A stretch of DNA of 34,635 nucleotides from Polyangiaceae bacterium (lineage in GTDB: Bacteria; Myxococcota_A; Polyangia; Polyangiales; Polyangiaceae), in contig JABFRG010001213.1 of the NCBI GenBank assembly GCA_013141295.1, positions 1-34,635 of the forward strand. Direction: 5' to 3'. The translations under genes and the position numbers were made by a program. Within the stretch, counting starts at the first letter, position 1. Each line of letters starts with the position of its first letter. The notes beneath the pieces are model-generated. The model was not told where the DNA came from and made no database searches. It saw only the letters and a list, made by a program, of their open reading frames with translations. This document shows positions 17,025 through 25,450 of this stretch, piece by piece.

Positions 17025-18836
17025 TCAGCCGAGCACGCCGAAGACCAGCTCCACCGTCGCGAAGAGCGCGCCGCCGGCCACAAGGCCGATGACGATGGCG
17101 ACGCCCTTGGCGATGATGGAGTCGCGGGACCAGACGCGCCGCCCCTCGAAGACGATGCGGGCCCAGATGGCGAGCACGATGATGGCGAGACCGAACCCGC
17201 CGTACCGCGAGAAGGTGAGGTCGAGCACCTCGCCGCCGATGAGCGCGCCCAGCAGGAGCGCGCCGGCGCCGCCCAGGGCCACCGTCATCTGCTTCTCACG
17301 CAGGCCGAGCAGCGCGCTGGCCAGGCCCGCGGCCCCGATGGTTCCGCCCACGATGGCTTGCACCGAGCCGGGATAGGTCTCCGGCGCGAGGTTGGACACG
17401 ACCGGCCATCCCTCCGGCTCGTGCAGTCGACGAAACAAGCCCGCTGCCGAGGCCGCGCTGAAGAACCCGACCACCAAGGTGGGGACGACGCCACTGCCTC
17501 CGCCGTCGTGCGACCGGTGATTGAACTCTCGCGGCGGCGGCTCACCGCGCAGTTGCCGACCGTAGGCCACCGCGGCCCGAGGCTGGATCTGTCGCAGGGA
17601 CTCCGGCGCGGCTTCGAGCTCGATCTCCATGTTGCGGCGCGCGCCCGAAGGGGGCGGCGGCACCGGCGAAGCTGCCGGCCCGTGCGCGGAGATCCGTGCG
17701 GGCGACGACGAGATGGCCGCCGCCGCCGGGATCTGCCCCGAGGAGTGACGCACCGGCCCGAGATCGGGCACGCCGCCACTGCCGCGCGGGGTCGACGCCG
17801 GCGCCACGGCGGCCATGCGCACGGAGGGATGCGACGGGGGGAGCCCCAGGCTCGGCACTTCGAGGCCCAGCGGCGGCGCCGGAGGCATCGGCGAAGCGCG
17901 CGGCACCGGGGAGCGCGGCGGCCCCGCTGCCACGCCGGGGTGCGCCAGATCGGGCACCACCGGGGGCGGGGAGGAGATGGGAGCGATCTCGTCGTCGAGC
18001 TGAGCCAGCTGGAGATCGCGGAGCAGATGCCGCGTGGAGGTGTAGCGCTCCGCCGGGTCCCGGCGCATGCAGCGGGCGACGATGCGCGACACGCTGCGCG
18101 GGATGTCGCGAACGATCTTCTCGAGCGGCGGCGGCTCGTGGGTGGCGATGGCCACGTAGATGGCGCCCGCCGATTCTCCGTCGAACGGGTGGGTGCCGGA
18201 GAGGAGCTCGTACATCATGATGCCCAGCGACCACACGTCGCTCCGCGCATCGGCGTCGCGGGTGAGCCGCACCTGCTCCGGCGCCATGTAGCGGGGCGTG
18301 CCCAGAGTGCTGCCGGTGACGGTGACGCGCTGGTCGTCGTTGCGAATGGCCGAGATGCCGAAGTCGAGGAGCTTGGGCACGAGCCGCTCGCGCTCCGAGG
18401 AGAGGAAGACGTTGTCGGGCTTGAGATCGCGATGCACCACGCCTTTCTCGTGGGCCTCGCCCAGGGCTTCCATCACCGGGCCGAGGAACTCGAGGACGTC
18501 GGCGACGCTCAGGAGGCCGCCCTTGGTGACGTGGTACTCTGCCAGGCTCACGCCCTCGAGGAGCTCCATGACGATGTACGGGATGCCCGACGCCGCGTCG
18601 ACGTCCAGGACCTCCACCACGTTGGGGTGGCGCACCATGGTGGCGGCCCGAGCCTCTCGGAGAAAGCGTGTGACGAAGCCCGGGCGCTTGGCCAGCTCGT
18701 CGTGCAGCACCTTGACGGCGACGGGCAAGTTCAACTTGACGTTGCGGGCGCGGTAGACGACGCCCATGCCGCCGCTGCCGAGCTCCGCCTCCAAGACATA
18801 TTTGCCGCCGAGGAGGTCCCCGACCTGCGTGCCCAT
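17025..18836 (-). CDS. Ser/Thr protein kinase (Hanks type) with Pro-rich linker and polytopic C-terminal membrane region
   Basis: GSGGMGVVYRA (Gly loop), VAVKVL, HRDLKPDNVF, DFGIS and GTPRYMAPE. The C-terminus has about 4-5 hydrophobic helices. The track start TTG 18887 adds 17 codons with low GC3, so I prefer ATG 18836. Confidence 0.9.
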   Translation of the reverse strand: MGTQVGDLLGGKYVLEAELGSGGMGVVYRARNVKLNLPVAVKVLHDELAKRPGFVTRFLREARAATMVRHPNVVEVLDVDAASGIPYIVMELLEGVSLAEYHVTKGGLLSVADVLEFLGPVMEALGEAHEKGVVHRDLKPDNVFLSSERERLVPKLLDFGISAIRNDDQRVTVTGSTLGTPRYMAPEQVRLTRDADARSDVWSLGIMMYELLSGTHPFDGESAGAIYVAIATHEPPPLEKIVRDIPRSVSRIVARCMRRDPAERYTSTRHLLRDLQLAQLDDEIAPISSPPPVVPDLAHPGVAAGPPRSPVPRASPMPPAPPLGLEVPSLGLPPSHPSVRMAAVAPASTPRGSGGVPDLGPVRHSSGQIPAAAAISSSPARISAHGPAASPVPPPPSGARRNMEIELEAAPESLRQIQPRAAVAYGRQLRGEPPPREFNHRSHDGGGSGVVPTLVVGFFSAASAAGLFRRLHEPEGWPVVSNLAPETYPGSVQAIVGGTIGAAGLASALLGLREKQMTVALGGAGALLLGALIGGEVLDLTFSRYGGFGLAIIVLAIWARIVFEGRRVWSRDSIIAKGVAIVIGLVAGGALFATVELVFGVLG

Positions 18837-18905
18837 ACAACCGAGCGTACCTGTTTCGCGCCCCCTCGGGATATCCAAAGCGTGCAAAACGCCGATTCGG
18901 ATTCG

Positions 18906-19697
18906 CTAGCGAAAGAGCCCGTCTGCGTCGGCCTTGGCGAGCGCCGCCCGCAACGCGTCGTAGTCGCTCCCGCCGTCCGAGCGAAAGGCGTCGGCGCCGA
19001 AGATCTGCCGGATCTCCTCCTTCATGGGGCCCTCGCCGGCGGCCACGAACGCGTCGCGGAGGGCGGTCCGGTCCTCCGGAGCGAGCGCCGTTCGCACCGC
19101 GATGAGGTCCGAGGGCACCGCGCCGAAGCTGTGCAGCACGCGCATGGCGACGCCGGTGACGACGGTCCACTCCTCGCCGCTGTCCTTGGCCTCGCGTGGG
19201 CGCGCGTGGGTGCCGGTCACGTCGGCCGCGCCGTCCACCACCGCGCGGATGGCGGCGCGGTGCGAGCCATGAAAGGCTTCCACCCGGAAGAGCGTGCGCG
19301 GGTCCACACCCAGCGACTTGAGACCTACACGTGGCACCACGAAGCCGCTCGCGCTCCACGCATCGACCCACGCGGCGCGGCTCTGGCGGAGGTCGGCCAG
19401 CGTATGAATCGGCGAGTCGGCGCGTACCAGCAGCACCGACTCGTAACCGGTCTGCTCGCCGCGAACCACCGAGACGAGCGGCTCGGCGCGGCCCGTGGGT
19501 ACCCGCACGTACACCACCGGCGGTAGCCACGCGACATCCACCGTGGCGGCGTCGACCTCTCGCGCGAGGGCCTCGTATCCGCCGGCGTAGCGCAGGACCA
19601 TCGGCTTACCGATGCGATCGCTCATCCAGACGCGCAGCCGCTCGGCGGCGTCGCGGGTCCCCGAGTCTTGCGAGAAGTAGCCGAATGTCACGCTCAT
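18906..19697 (-). CDS. PhnD-like (phosphonate/phosphite ABC substrate-binding fold) protein without signal peptide
   Basis: C-terminal 263 aa of track ORF 18906..21722. ATG 19697 has GAGGAG upstream. MSVTFGYFSQ...YEALAREVDAATVDVAWLPPVVYV...ESVLLVRADSPIHTLADLRQSRAAWVDAWSASGFVVPR fits the PhnD-type periplasmic binding fold. There is no hydrophobic N-terminus and no ABC permease or ATPase nearby. Confidence 0.6.
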   Translation of the reverse strand: MSVTFGYFSQDSGTRDAAERLRVWMSDRIGKPMVLRYAGGYEALAREVDAATVDVAWLPPVVYVRVPTGRAEPLVSVVRGEQTGYESVLLVRADSPIHTLADLRQSRAAWVDAWSASGFVVPRVGLKSLGVDPRTLFRVEAFHGSHRAAIRAVVDGAADVTGTHARPREAKDSGEEWTVVTGVAMRVLHSFGAVPSDLIAVRTALAPEDRTALRDAFVAAGEGPMKEEIRQIFGADAFRSDGGSDYDALRAALAKADADGLFR

Positions 19698-19820
19698 ACG
19701 ACTCCTCATCTTACCGCAAAAGTCGGTGCAAATCTGCGCACCTCGCGCGCCGGTCGGGTTCACCCTCTCCGGGCTGCCTGCGGCCGCCCGAGGTGCTAAG
19801 GTCGGTACCCGAGCGTCTCC

Positions 19821-21533
19821 GTGGATTTCGTCTACTTCGTCGTCCTCACTTCCGCCCTCATCTTCGTCCACGAGTTCGGACACTTCGTGGTGGCGAAGTT
19901 TTTCGGCGTGAAGGTGCTCACGTTCAGCATCGGCTTCGGGCCGAAGCTCCTGCGCTTTCGCGGAAAAGAGACGGAGTACTGCCTGGGCATCCTGCCCTTC
20001 GGCGGCTTCGTGAAGATGCTCGAGGAGTCGAAGCAGGAGGGCCCGCTCTTGCCGGAGGAGCGCGCGCGGTCCTTCGAGGCCCAGGCGGTGTGGAAGCGCA
20101 TTCTCATCGTCCTGGCCGGGCCGGCCATGAACCTCTTGTTTCCGATTCTCCTCTACACGACGGTCTTTCTCGAGGACCGCACGTTCTCGCCGCCGGTGGT
20201 GGGAACGGTGGAGTCGGGGAAGGCGGCTGATGGCAAGCTCATGCCGGGCGACGTGGTGGAGGCCATCGACGGCACGCCGGTCACCAGCTTTCCCGAGATC
20301 GAGGCCATCGTCGCCGGCAAGGCCGGCGTCCCGCTCAAGTTCGCCGTGCTCCGCGACGACAAGAAGCTCGACGTGTGGGTCACCCCCAACGACGAAGTGC
20401 ACTACCGAGAGCCGCGGGAGCTCGACCTCGTGGTGCACGCGGGCCGGGTCGGCATCTCGCCCAGGTTCGCGGCGCCGGTCATCGGCGTGCGCTCCGACTC
20501 CCGCGCGCACAAGGCGGGGCTCCGCACCTTCGACCGCGTGGTGGCCATCAACGGACGCCGGGTGGAGCGCTACGTCGACCTGGTGGCCATCCTGGCGCAG
20601 AATCGCGGCGACTCGGTGCGTGTAGAGTACATGAGGCCCACCGGGGTGACGGTCCTGGGCGGCCTCGCCGACATCGCGGTGGTCGACGCCGGCGAGATCG
20701 ATCTGACGCCCACCCCCAAGGACCCTGAGGCCAAGACCGACGACTTCGCGCTGCGAGAGCGCGACGTCATGGCGCGCATGGGCATCGAGAGCTCGGAGAT
20801 GTACGTCTCGTTCGTGCCCAACGGGTCCAGTGAGTGGCAGGCGGGCCTCCGGCCGGGCGACCGCGTCCTCACGCTCGACAACCTGGAGCAGCGGCGCTGG
20901 AAGGCCTTCATCGACGAGCTCGAGCGCAAGCCCAACGACGTGCACGCGCTGAGCTGGAGCCGCGACGGGCAAACCCTCTCCGGGCGCTTCCAGATCCGCA
21001 AGGAGAGCTGGAAGGACGACGCCGGGCAGCCCCACGAGCAGTACGTGTTCCGCACCACCCACTGGCTCCCGGAGGCGCCGTCGCGCTCGGTACCGAACCC
21101 CCATCCGTTCCTCTATGCGGTGCGGCGCGGTGTGGGTCAGACCGGCGACGTGGTGCGCTTCATCCTGGTGGGGTTCCTTCGCATCGCGCAGGGCCGGGTG
21201 AGCCTCGCCACCGTGAGCGGACCCATCACCATGTACGACGTGGCCGGTGAGGCGGGCGCAAAGGGCACCGCGGACTTCTTGTGGGCGATGGCCCTCGTCT
21301 CGGTGAACCTGGGGCTGGTGAACCTGCTTCCGATCCCGGTGCTCGACGGGGGGCACCTGCTCTTCTTCGTGATCGAGGGCATTTCGCGCCGCAAGATGTC
21401 GGTGAAGATCCGCGAGCGCGCCAGCCTCATCGGCATGGGCATTCTCCTCGCGCTCATGCTCGTCGCCTTCAAGAACGACGTCACCCGCCGCTGGGACGAC
21501 ATCGTCATCTCGGTGAAGGACGTCTTCAGCTGA
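19821..21533 (+). CDS. rseP: RIP zinc metalloprotease RseP (M50 site-2 protease with PDZ domains)
   Basis: GTG start. LIFVHEFGHFVVAKFFGVKVLTFSIGFGPKL carries the HExxH motif. PDZ-like PGDVVEAIDGTPV and LRPGDRVLTLDN. C-terminal NLLPIPVLDGGHLLF motif. Confidence 0.9.
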   Translation: MDFVYFVVLTSALIFVHEFGHFVVAKFFGVKVLTFSIGFGPKLLRFRGKETEYCLGILPFGGFVKMLEESKQEGPLLPEERARSFEAQAVWKRILIVLAGPAMNLLFPILLYTTVFLEDRTFSPPVVGTVESGKAADGKLMPGDVVEAIDGTPVTSFPEIEAIVAGKAGVPLKFAVLRDDKKLDVWVTPNDEVHYREPRELDLVVHAGRVGISPRFAAPVIGVRSDSRAHKAGLRTFDRVVAINGRRVERYVDLVAILAQNRGDSVRVEYMRPTGVTVLGGLADIAVVDAGEIDLTPTPKDPEAKTDDFALRERDVMARMGIESSEMYVSFVPNGSSEWQAGLRPGDRVLTLDNLEQRRWKAFIDELERKPNDVHALSWSRDGQTLSGRFQIRKESWKDDAGQPHEQYVFRTTHWLPEAPSRSVPNPHPFLYAVRRGVGQTGDVVRFILVGFLRIAQGRVSLATVSGPITMYDVAGEAGAKGTADFLWAMALVSVNLGLVNLLPIPVLDGGHLLFFVIEGISRRKMSVKIRERASLIGMGILLALMLVAFKNDVTRRWDDIVISVKDVFS

Positions 21534-22413
21534 GGGCAGCCGCAGCGGCCACGTCGGGGCGGCCGTGCAGCGCGAGCTCCGCCGCTCGCTCCACGACCTC
21601 GCGCTCCCGCCGATAGATGGCGCGCATTCCGAGAAAGAGCGGCGGCAAGAACGCGAGCCCGGTGAAGGCCGTGAGCAACGGCGGCAGGAGCAGCAGAATC
21701 GCTCCGGGCACGGCCGCCGCAAGGATCGAAATGCCCCAAGCGCGAACCCAGCCGCTGGGGCCGTGCGTGAGCTCGTCCAGCGACATGGCGCGATACTGGC
21801 GCACGCGCAGCACGACGAGCGCCGCTAGCACGAGATGCACGTGGCCGACGATCGCCAGGCTGGTCTGGATCCAGGTGCCGAAGTCTGCGGCGGCGTCGTG
21901 GGTGTTCGCCACCAGCCAGTGAAGCGTGAGGGGCAGGAGGAGACACGCCGCGATCATGGGCAGGGCGAGGCTCGGTAGCTCCAGCGCCGAGAGTCGGGCA
22001 TGCAGCGCGCGGTATGGGTGGTTGGCCTCCAGCGCTGCGAGCGCCCGCGCAGGATCGGTGTCGCGCAGGCTCTCCGGGGAGATCGCCCCCATGGCGGGCG
22101 TCATGGCGGCGACCAGCAGGCGCGTGGCGAGGAGCGTCAGGGCCATGAGCGGCAGTGCCCAGACGAGGGTCGTCACCGACGCGCTGCGGTAGCTCGCCGA
22201 CGCCTCGCCCTCTGCGCAGGCGCCGGTAAACGAGAGCGCCGCCATGGCCATCGCCGCAGCGATCCCGAACGCACCGCTCACGGCGCGCGACCACCGTGCG
22301 GCGTAGACGCGTCGCAAAGGCGAAGCGACGGGCAACAGGCGTTGCCGCATGTCCGAGAGCTCGGCGTGGCGCGCTTCGACGAAAGTCGGTGAGCGGTAGG
22401 CGGGATAGAACAC
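21526..22413 (-). CDS. Hypothetical polytopic membrane protein
   Basis: Track ORF 21526..22467 (TTG start). I prefer GTG 22413 because AAGAGG lies 7 nt upstream. It has several hydrophobic helices (FGIAAAMAMAALSF, LVWALPLMALTLLA, LALPMIAACLLLPLTL, SLAIVGHVHLVLAALVVL, WGISILAAAVPGAILLLLPPLL). Its 3' end overlaps the rseP 3' end by 8 nt. Confidence 0.55.
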   Translation of the reverse strand: MFYPAYRSPTFVEARHAELSDMRQRLLPVASPLRRVYAARWSRAVSGAFGIAAAMAMAALSFTGACAEGEASASYRSASVTTLVWALPLMALTLLATRLLVAAMTPAMGAISPESLRDTDPARALAALEANHPYRALHARLSALELPSLALPMIAACLLLPLTLHWLVANTHDAAADFGTWIQTSLAIVGHVHLVLAALVVLRVRQYRAMSLDELTHGPSGWVRAWGISILAAAVPGAILLLLPPLLTAFTGLAFLPPLFLGMRAIYRREREVVERAAELALHGRPDVAAAAALS

Positions 22414-22570
22414 GGGATCGCCTCTTTCGGGGCCGCGACTTCGGTGGGCCCACGCGCGACGGTGCAAGAGCCGAGCCCCGGGAATTTCTCGGCGATCCTG
22501 CGGTCGGTGCTGCCTCGACCGCGCGAATCGTGCGAGGCAACCGCGGTGCGCGGCGCAGCCTTTTCGTCTT

Positions 22571-23566
22571 TCAGAGACCGCGCGCGGCGAGAGTCTGCGC
22601 CACCGTCGCGTACAGCGTGCGCGCGTCGAACCCCGTCGACCAGCCGATCTGCGCCCAGTGATCGGCGTCGATCTCGTCGAGCACCTCGCCCCAGCGCTGG
22701 GACGCCGCAGGGACCACGCCGTCGTTGGCGCCCGCGCGACGCCACAGGAACGCGTAGCCCGGGGCGAGGAGCGCGTTGACCGGAAGGAGCCGGTGGTTCA
22801 CCGAGCCCACCACGCTCGCATAGAGCACACCCGGGTGATCGACCACCTTGCGATTGAACGCGGCCATGTGCGGCGTCGTGAGATCGTAGAGCCCGTCGAG
22901 GTTCAGGCCCATGGTGGCGAGGAGTCGCCGGGTGGTCTGGAGATCGCCGAGCACACTCGCGCCGCTGTCGGCCAGGGGCGTGCCGAAGTGCGGGGTGCCG
23001 ACGGTGACGAGCGACGCCACGGCGTCCGCGAGGCCCAGCTCGGTGATGGCGTAGCGTGCGTCGAGGCCACCCATGCTGTGGGCGATGATGTTCACCCGGC
23101 CGTTCAGCCGCCGCACCTGGGCCTCGAGCTCGGCGGCTCGCATGGCCACGCTCGCGGTGGGGGAAACCCGGGCCACGTGCACCACGTGACCGGCAGCCTC
23201 CAGCGCCGCGCGAATGCCGCGGAAGTACTCCGGCCGTCTCGGTACACCCAGCGCATCGAACCCGAAGTACCCGTGCGCGAACAGGATCGGCAGCCGCGTC
23301 GGGCCCACCCGGACCGGGAGCCGCGAAGGAACGCGCACCAGCGGCGCTGCCGCGTTCGGGGTGGGCTCGGCCTCGGGAACGTGTGTCTCGCGCACCGTCT
23401 CCGGTCTCTCTTGCGCGGCCCGCGCGAGTCGTGGCGCGGGTTCTTCCGAGGCGCCGCGTGCGAGCGCCCTGCGCCCCGCACGCCACCGCACGAACGCGCG
23501 CAAGAGGACGTCCGCGCCGGTCGTGAGCGCCCACACCAGGAAGAAGGCCAGGACCGCGGACCCCAT
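22571..23566 (-). CDS. Membrane-anchored esterase/lipase (alpha/beta hydrolase, LipA/EstA-like)
   Basis: N-terminal helix MGSAVLAFFLVWALTTGADVLL. PILFAHGYFGFD is oxyanion-region-like. NIIAHSMGGLDARY carries GxSxG. DGVVPAASQRWG and DADHWAQIGW supply Asp/His candidates. Confidence 0.75.
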   Translation of the reverse strand: MGSAVLAFFLVWALTTGADVLLRAFVRWRAGRRALARGASEEPAPRLARAAQERPETVRETHVPEAEPTPNAAAPLVRVPSRLPVRVGPTRLPILFAHGYFGFDALGVPRRPEYFRGIRAALEAAGHVVHVARVSPTASVAMRAAELEAQVRRLNGRVNIIAHSMGGLDARYAITELGLADAVASLVTVGTPHFGTPLADSGASVLGDLQTTRRLLATMGLNLDGLYDLTTPHMAAFNRKVVDHPGVLYASVVGSVNHRLLPVNALLAPGYAFLWRRAGANDGVVPAASQRWGEVLDEIDADHWAQIGWSTGFDARTLYATVAQTLAARGL

Positions 23567-23578
23567 GTCCTCACCATG

Positions 23579-23593
23579 TAACGCGACGCGTTA
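23579..23593. promoter_or_regulatory. 15-bp palindrome in divergent intergenic region (candidate operator)
   Basis: TAACGCG a CGCGTTA has perfect 7-bp arms. It lies 13 nt upstream of the lipase start codon, in the 196-bp gap to the DUF1592-like gene. Confidence 0.25.
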
Positions 23594-23762
23594 GCGTGTC
23601 AAGCTGCGTCGCAACTCCGCGAAATCACCTGAGGGTTCGAGACCGCACGTCGGGCAGAACGGCGATCCACGTCGCCATGGTTCGCGCCTCCTCGCGAGCC
23701 CTCGCGACCCCGCGATGGCCTCGCGAGCACCCCCGCGGCGAATGGAACCCTCAGCAGTTTCC

Positions 23763-24776
23763 ATGCTCCAGGCGCGTGCGGATTGCACCTTCGTACCGCT
23801 GGCTTGTGCCTTGCAGTTCTGCCGTTTCGTGAACCTCCGTCGAATTGCCCCAGTCCTGGTTCTCCTCGCTGCCGGTGCCGTTGCCCTTCGAGGTCGTTCG
23901 GCGAAAGCCGACGACCCCGATCCCAAGGGACGAAACGAGCGCTGCGCGACCCGGCTCTCCATCACGCTCCTCGGCAAGAGCGCCGACGCTGCGCTGCTCG
24001 CCGCGGCGAAGCCCGAAGACTCCATCGACTCGATGCTCACGTCGCCGGCCTTCTACGATCGCCTCGCGAGCTTCGTGAACGCCCAGTCCAACGGCGCGCC
24101 GGCCGCGAGCCCGCTGCAGGACCCGGTGTACTTCCTGGCGCGCCACATGATCGAGCAGCGGAAGCCCTGGCGCGATCTCTACATCGGCGCATACAACGTT
24201 CGGGCGGCCACCGACGGCAAGAGCCTCGAGGTCGTGGAGGACGCGAACGGCCTCGGCTACTTCCGCACCGCGCCGTGGATGGTGCGCTACGCGGGCAACG
24301 AGTCCGAAGGCGTTCGCATCTCCGCCGCCTACCACATGATCCACGACACCACCGGCTTCCAGGTCCCGGCGTCGGTGGCCAAGCCCGGCGAAGATCGCAC
24401 CGCCACCGGCCGCAAGGCCGACGCCTGCAAGAACTGCCACTTCGACTCGTGGTTCGCCCTCGACAAGGCCGCCGCGGTGCTCTCGCGCAAGAAGGTGGCC
24501 GCCGACGGCACCGTGACCTTCGACCCCACGACCATCACCGCCACCACGCTCCTGAACAAGAACCTCGCCAGCGACAAGGATCTCGTCACCACGCTCGTGA
24601 GCTCCGACGCATGGAAGTTCACGCAGTGCCGCATGGTCTTCAACTTCCTCTACGGACGCCCGGAGAACCAGTGCGAAGCCCCGCTCTTCGACCAGTGCGT
24701 CGCCGCCCTGGAGAAGGACGGGACCATCAACGCTGCCCTCGCCGTCGTCGTGAAAGACGCCTCCTTCTGCCAGTGA
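23763..24776 (+). CDS. Secreted CxxCH protein resembling a compact DUF1592/DUF1588/DUF1585 (planctomycete PSD/PSCyt3-type) protein
   Basis: Track ORF 23715..24776. The start is uncertain: ATG 23763, GTG 23829 or ATG 23715. Signal-like LRRIAPVLVLLAAGAVAL. CATRLSITLLGKSADAALLAAAKPEDSIDSMLTSPAFYDRLASFV is DUF1592-like. ADACKNCHFDSWFALDKAA is the DUF1588-like CxxCH. WKFTQCRMVFNFLYGRPE...INAALAVVVKDASF is DUF1585-like. Confidence 0.6.
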   Translation: MLQARADCTFVPLACALQFCRFVNLRRIAPVLVLLAAGAVALRGRSAKADDPDPKGRNERCATRLSITLLGKSADAALLAAAKPEDSIDSMLTSPAFYDRLASFVNAQSNGAPAASPLQDPVYFLARHMIEQRKPWRDLYIGAYNVRAATDGKSLEVVEDANGLGYFRTAPWMVRYAGNESEGVRISAAYHMIHDTTGFQVPASVAKPGEDRTATGRKADACKNCHFDSWFALDKAAAVLSRKKVAADGTVTFDPTTITATTLLNKNLASDKDLVTTLVSSDAWKFTQCRMVFNFLYGRPENQCEAPLFDQCVAALEKDGTINAALAVVVKDASFCQ

Positions 24777-24784
24777 GAACCACC

Positions 24785-25441
24785 ATGAAGACGATCTCTC
24801 TCACGACCGTTTCCCTCGCCGCCTTGCTCGCATCGTCGCTGGTCGCCTGCGCCTCCGAAGAAGACGCTCTGGAGACCCCGGCGCCCGGCGCGTCCAGCAG
24901 CTCCGGTGGCACCGTCGACCCGCAGGCCCTCGAGTGCACCGAGAAGCCGCAGGGGCGCACCTACGTCGACTTCGGCGGCATCGATCTCGCGACCACGCGC
25001 CTCAACGAGAACATCGGCGTGAACCGCGGCCGCATCAAGCCCTACTCGGTGCTCGCCGGCGAGTACACCCGGGTCCTCGGCGCCGCACCCGCGAGCCTCG
25101 CCGGACAGGCCGGCTCCTTCGACGCTCCTGCCCCGCGCTACTTCGAGGAGCCGCGCGCCACCGGCGTCGGCATCAGCGCCATGTACGGCGTGAGCTTCGA
25201 GGGCGCCCTGGTCATGGCCAAGGCCGGCGCCAAGTACGCCGCCGCTCCCGACGCGACCACCGCTCCGGCCGAGTGCGCCGCGTTCCTCGGCAAGGCCTTC
25301 AGCCGCACCCCGAACACCAGCGAGATCGACAACTGCGCCACCTTCGCCACCACCAAGCTGGCGAAGGAAACGAACCCCCAACGCAAGTGGGCTTACGTCT
25401 TCGCCAACGTGCTCACCTCCACCGGCTTTCTGACGTACTGA
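24785..25441 (+). CDS. Lipoprotein resembling the DUF1587/DUF1595 N-terminal modules of DUF1592-family proteins
   Basis: In frame with track ORF 23783..25441. ATG 24785 gives MKTISLTTVSLAALLASSLVACASEED (lipobox LVAC). YSVLAGEYTRVLGAAPASLAG and ECAAFLGKAFSRTPNTSEIDNCATF recall the EY..LLG and f..rAfRRP.t..E strings of those modules (from memory). Confidence 0.5.
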   Translation: MKTISLTTVSLAALLASSLVACASEEDALETPAPGASSSSGGTVDPQALECTEKPQGRTYVDFGGIDLATTRLNENIGVNRGRIKPYSVLAGEYTRVLGAAPASLAGQAGSFDAPAPRYFEEPRATGVGISAMYGVSFEGALVMAKAGAKYAAAPDATTAPAECAAFLGKAFSRTPNTSEIDNCATFATTKLAKETNPQRKWAYVFANVLTSTGFLTY

Positions 25442-25450
25442 GGCTCCCCC

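Noticed and set aside
18837-18887. TTG start extending the kinase by 17 codons
   Set aside because: The extension has markedly low GC3 by hand count and no RBS. An ATG at 18836 sits a normal distance before the Gly-rich loop.
16902-19526. 874-aa plus-strand ORF
   Set aside because: It is antisense to the Ser/Thr kinase and the PhnD-like gene, both of which have unmistakable motifs. The product is Arg-rich and featureless.
19698-21722. N-terminal two-thirds of the 938-aa minus-strand ORF 18906..21722
   Set aside because: It is antisense to rseP (HEFGH, PDZ and LDGGH motifs). Only the C-terminal 263 aa, from ATG 19697 with a GAGGAG RBS, look like a real protein.
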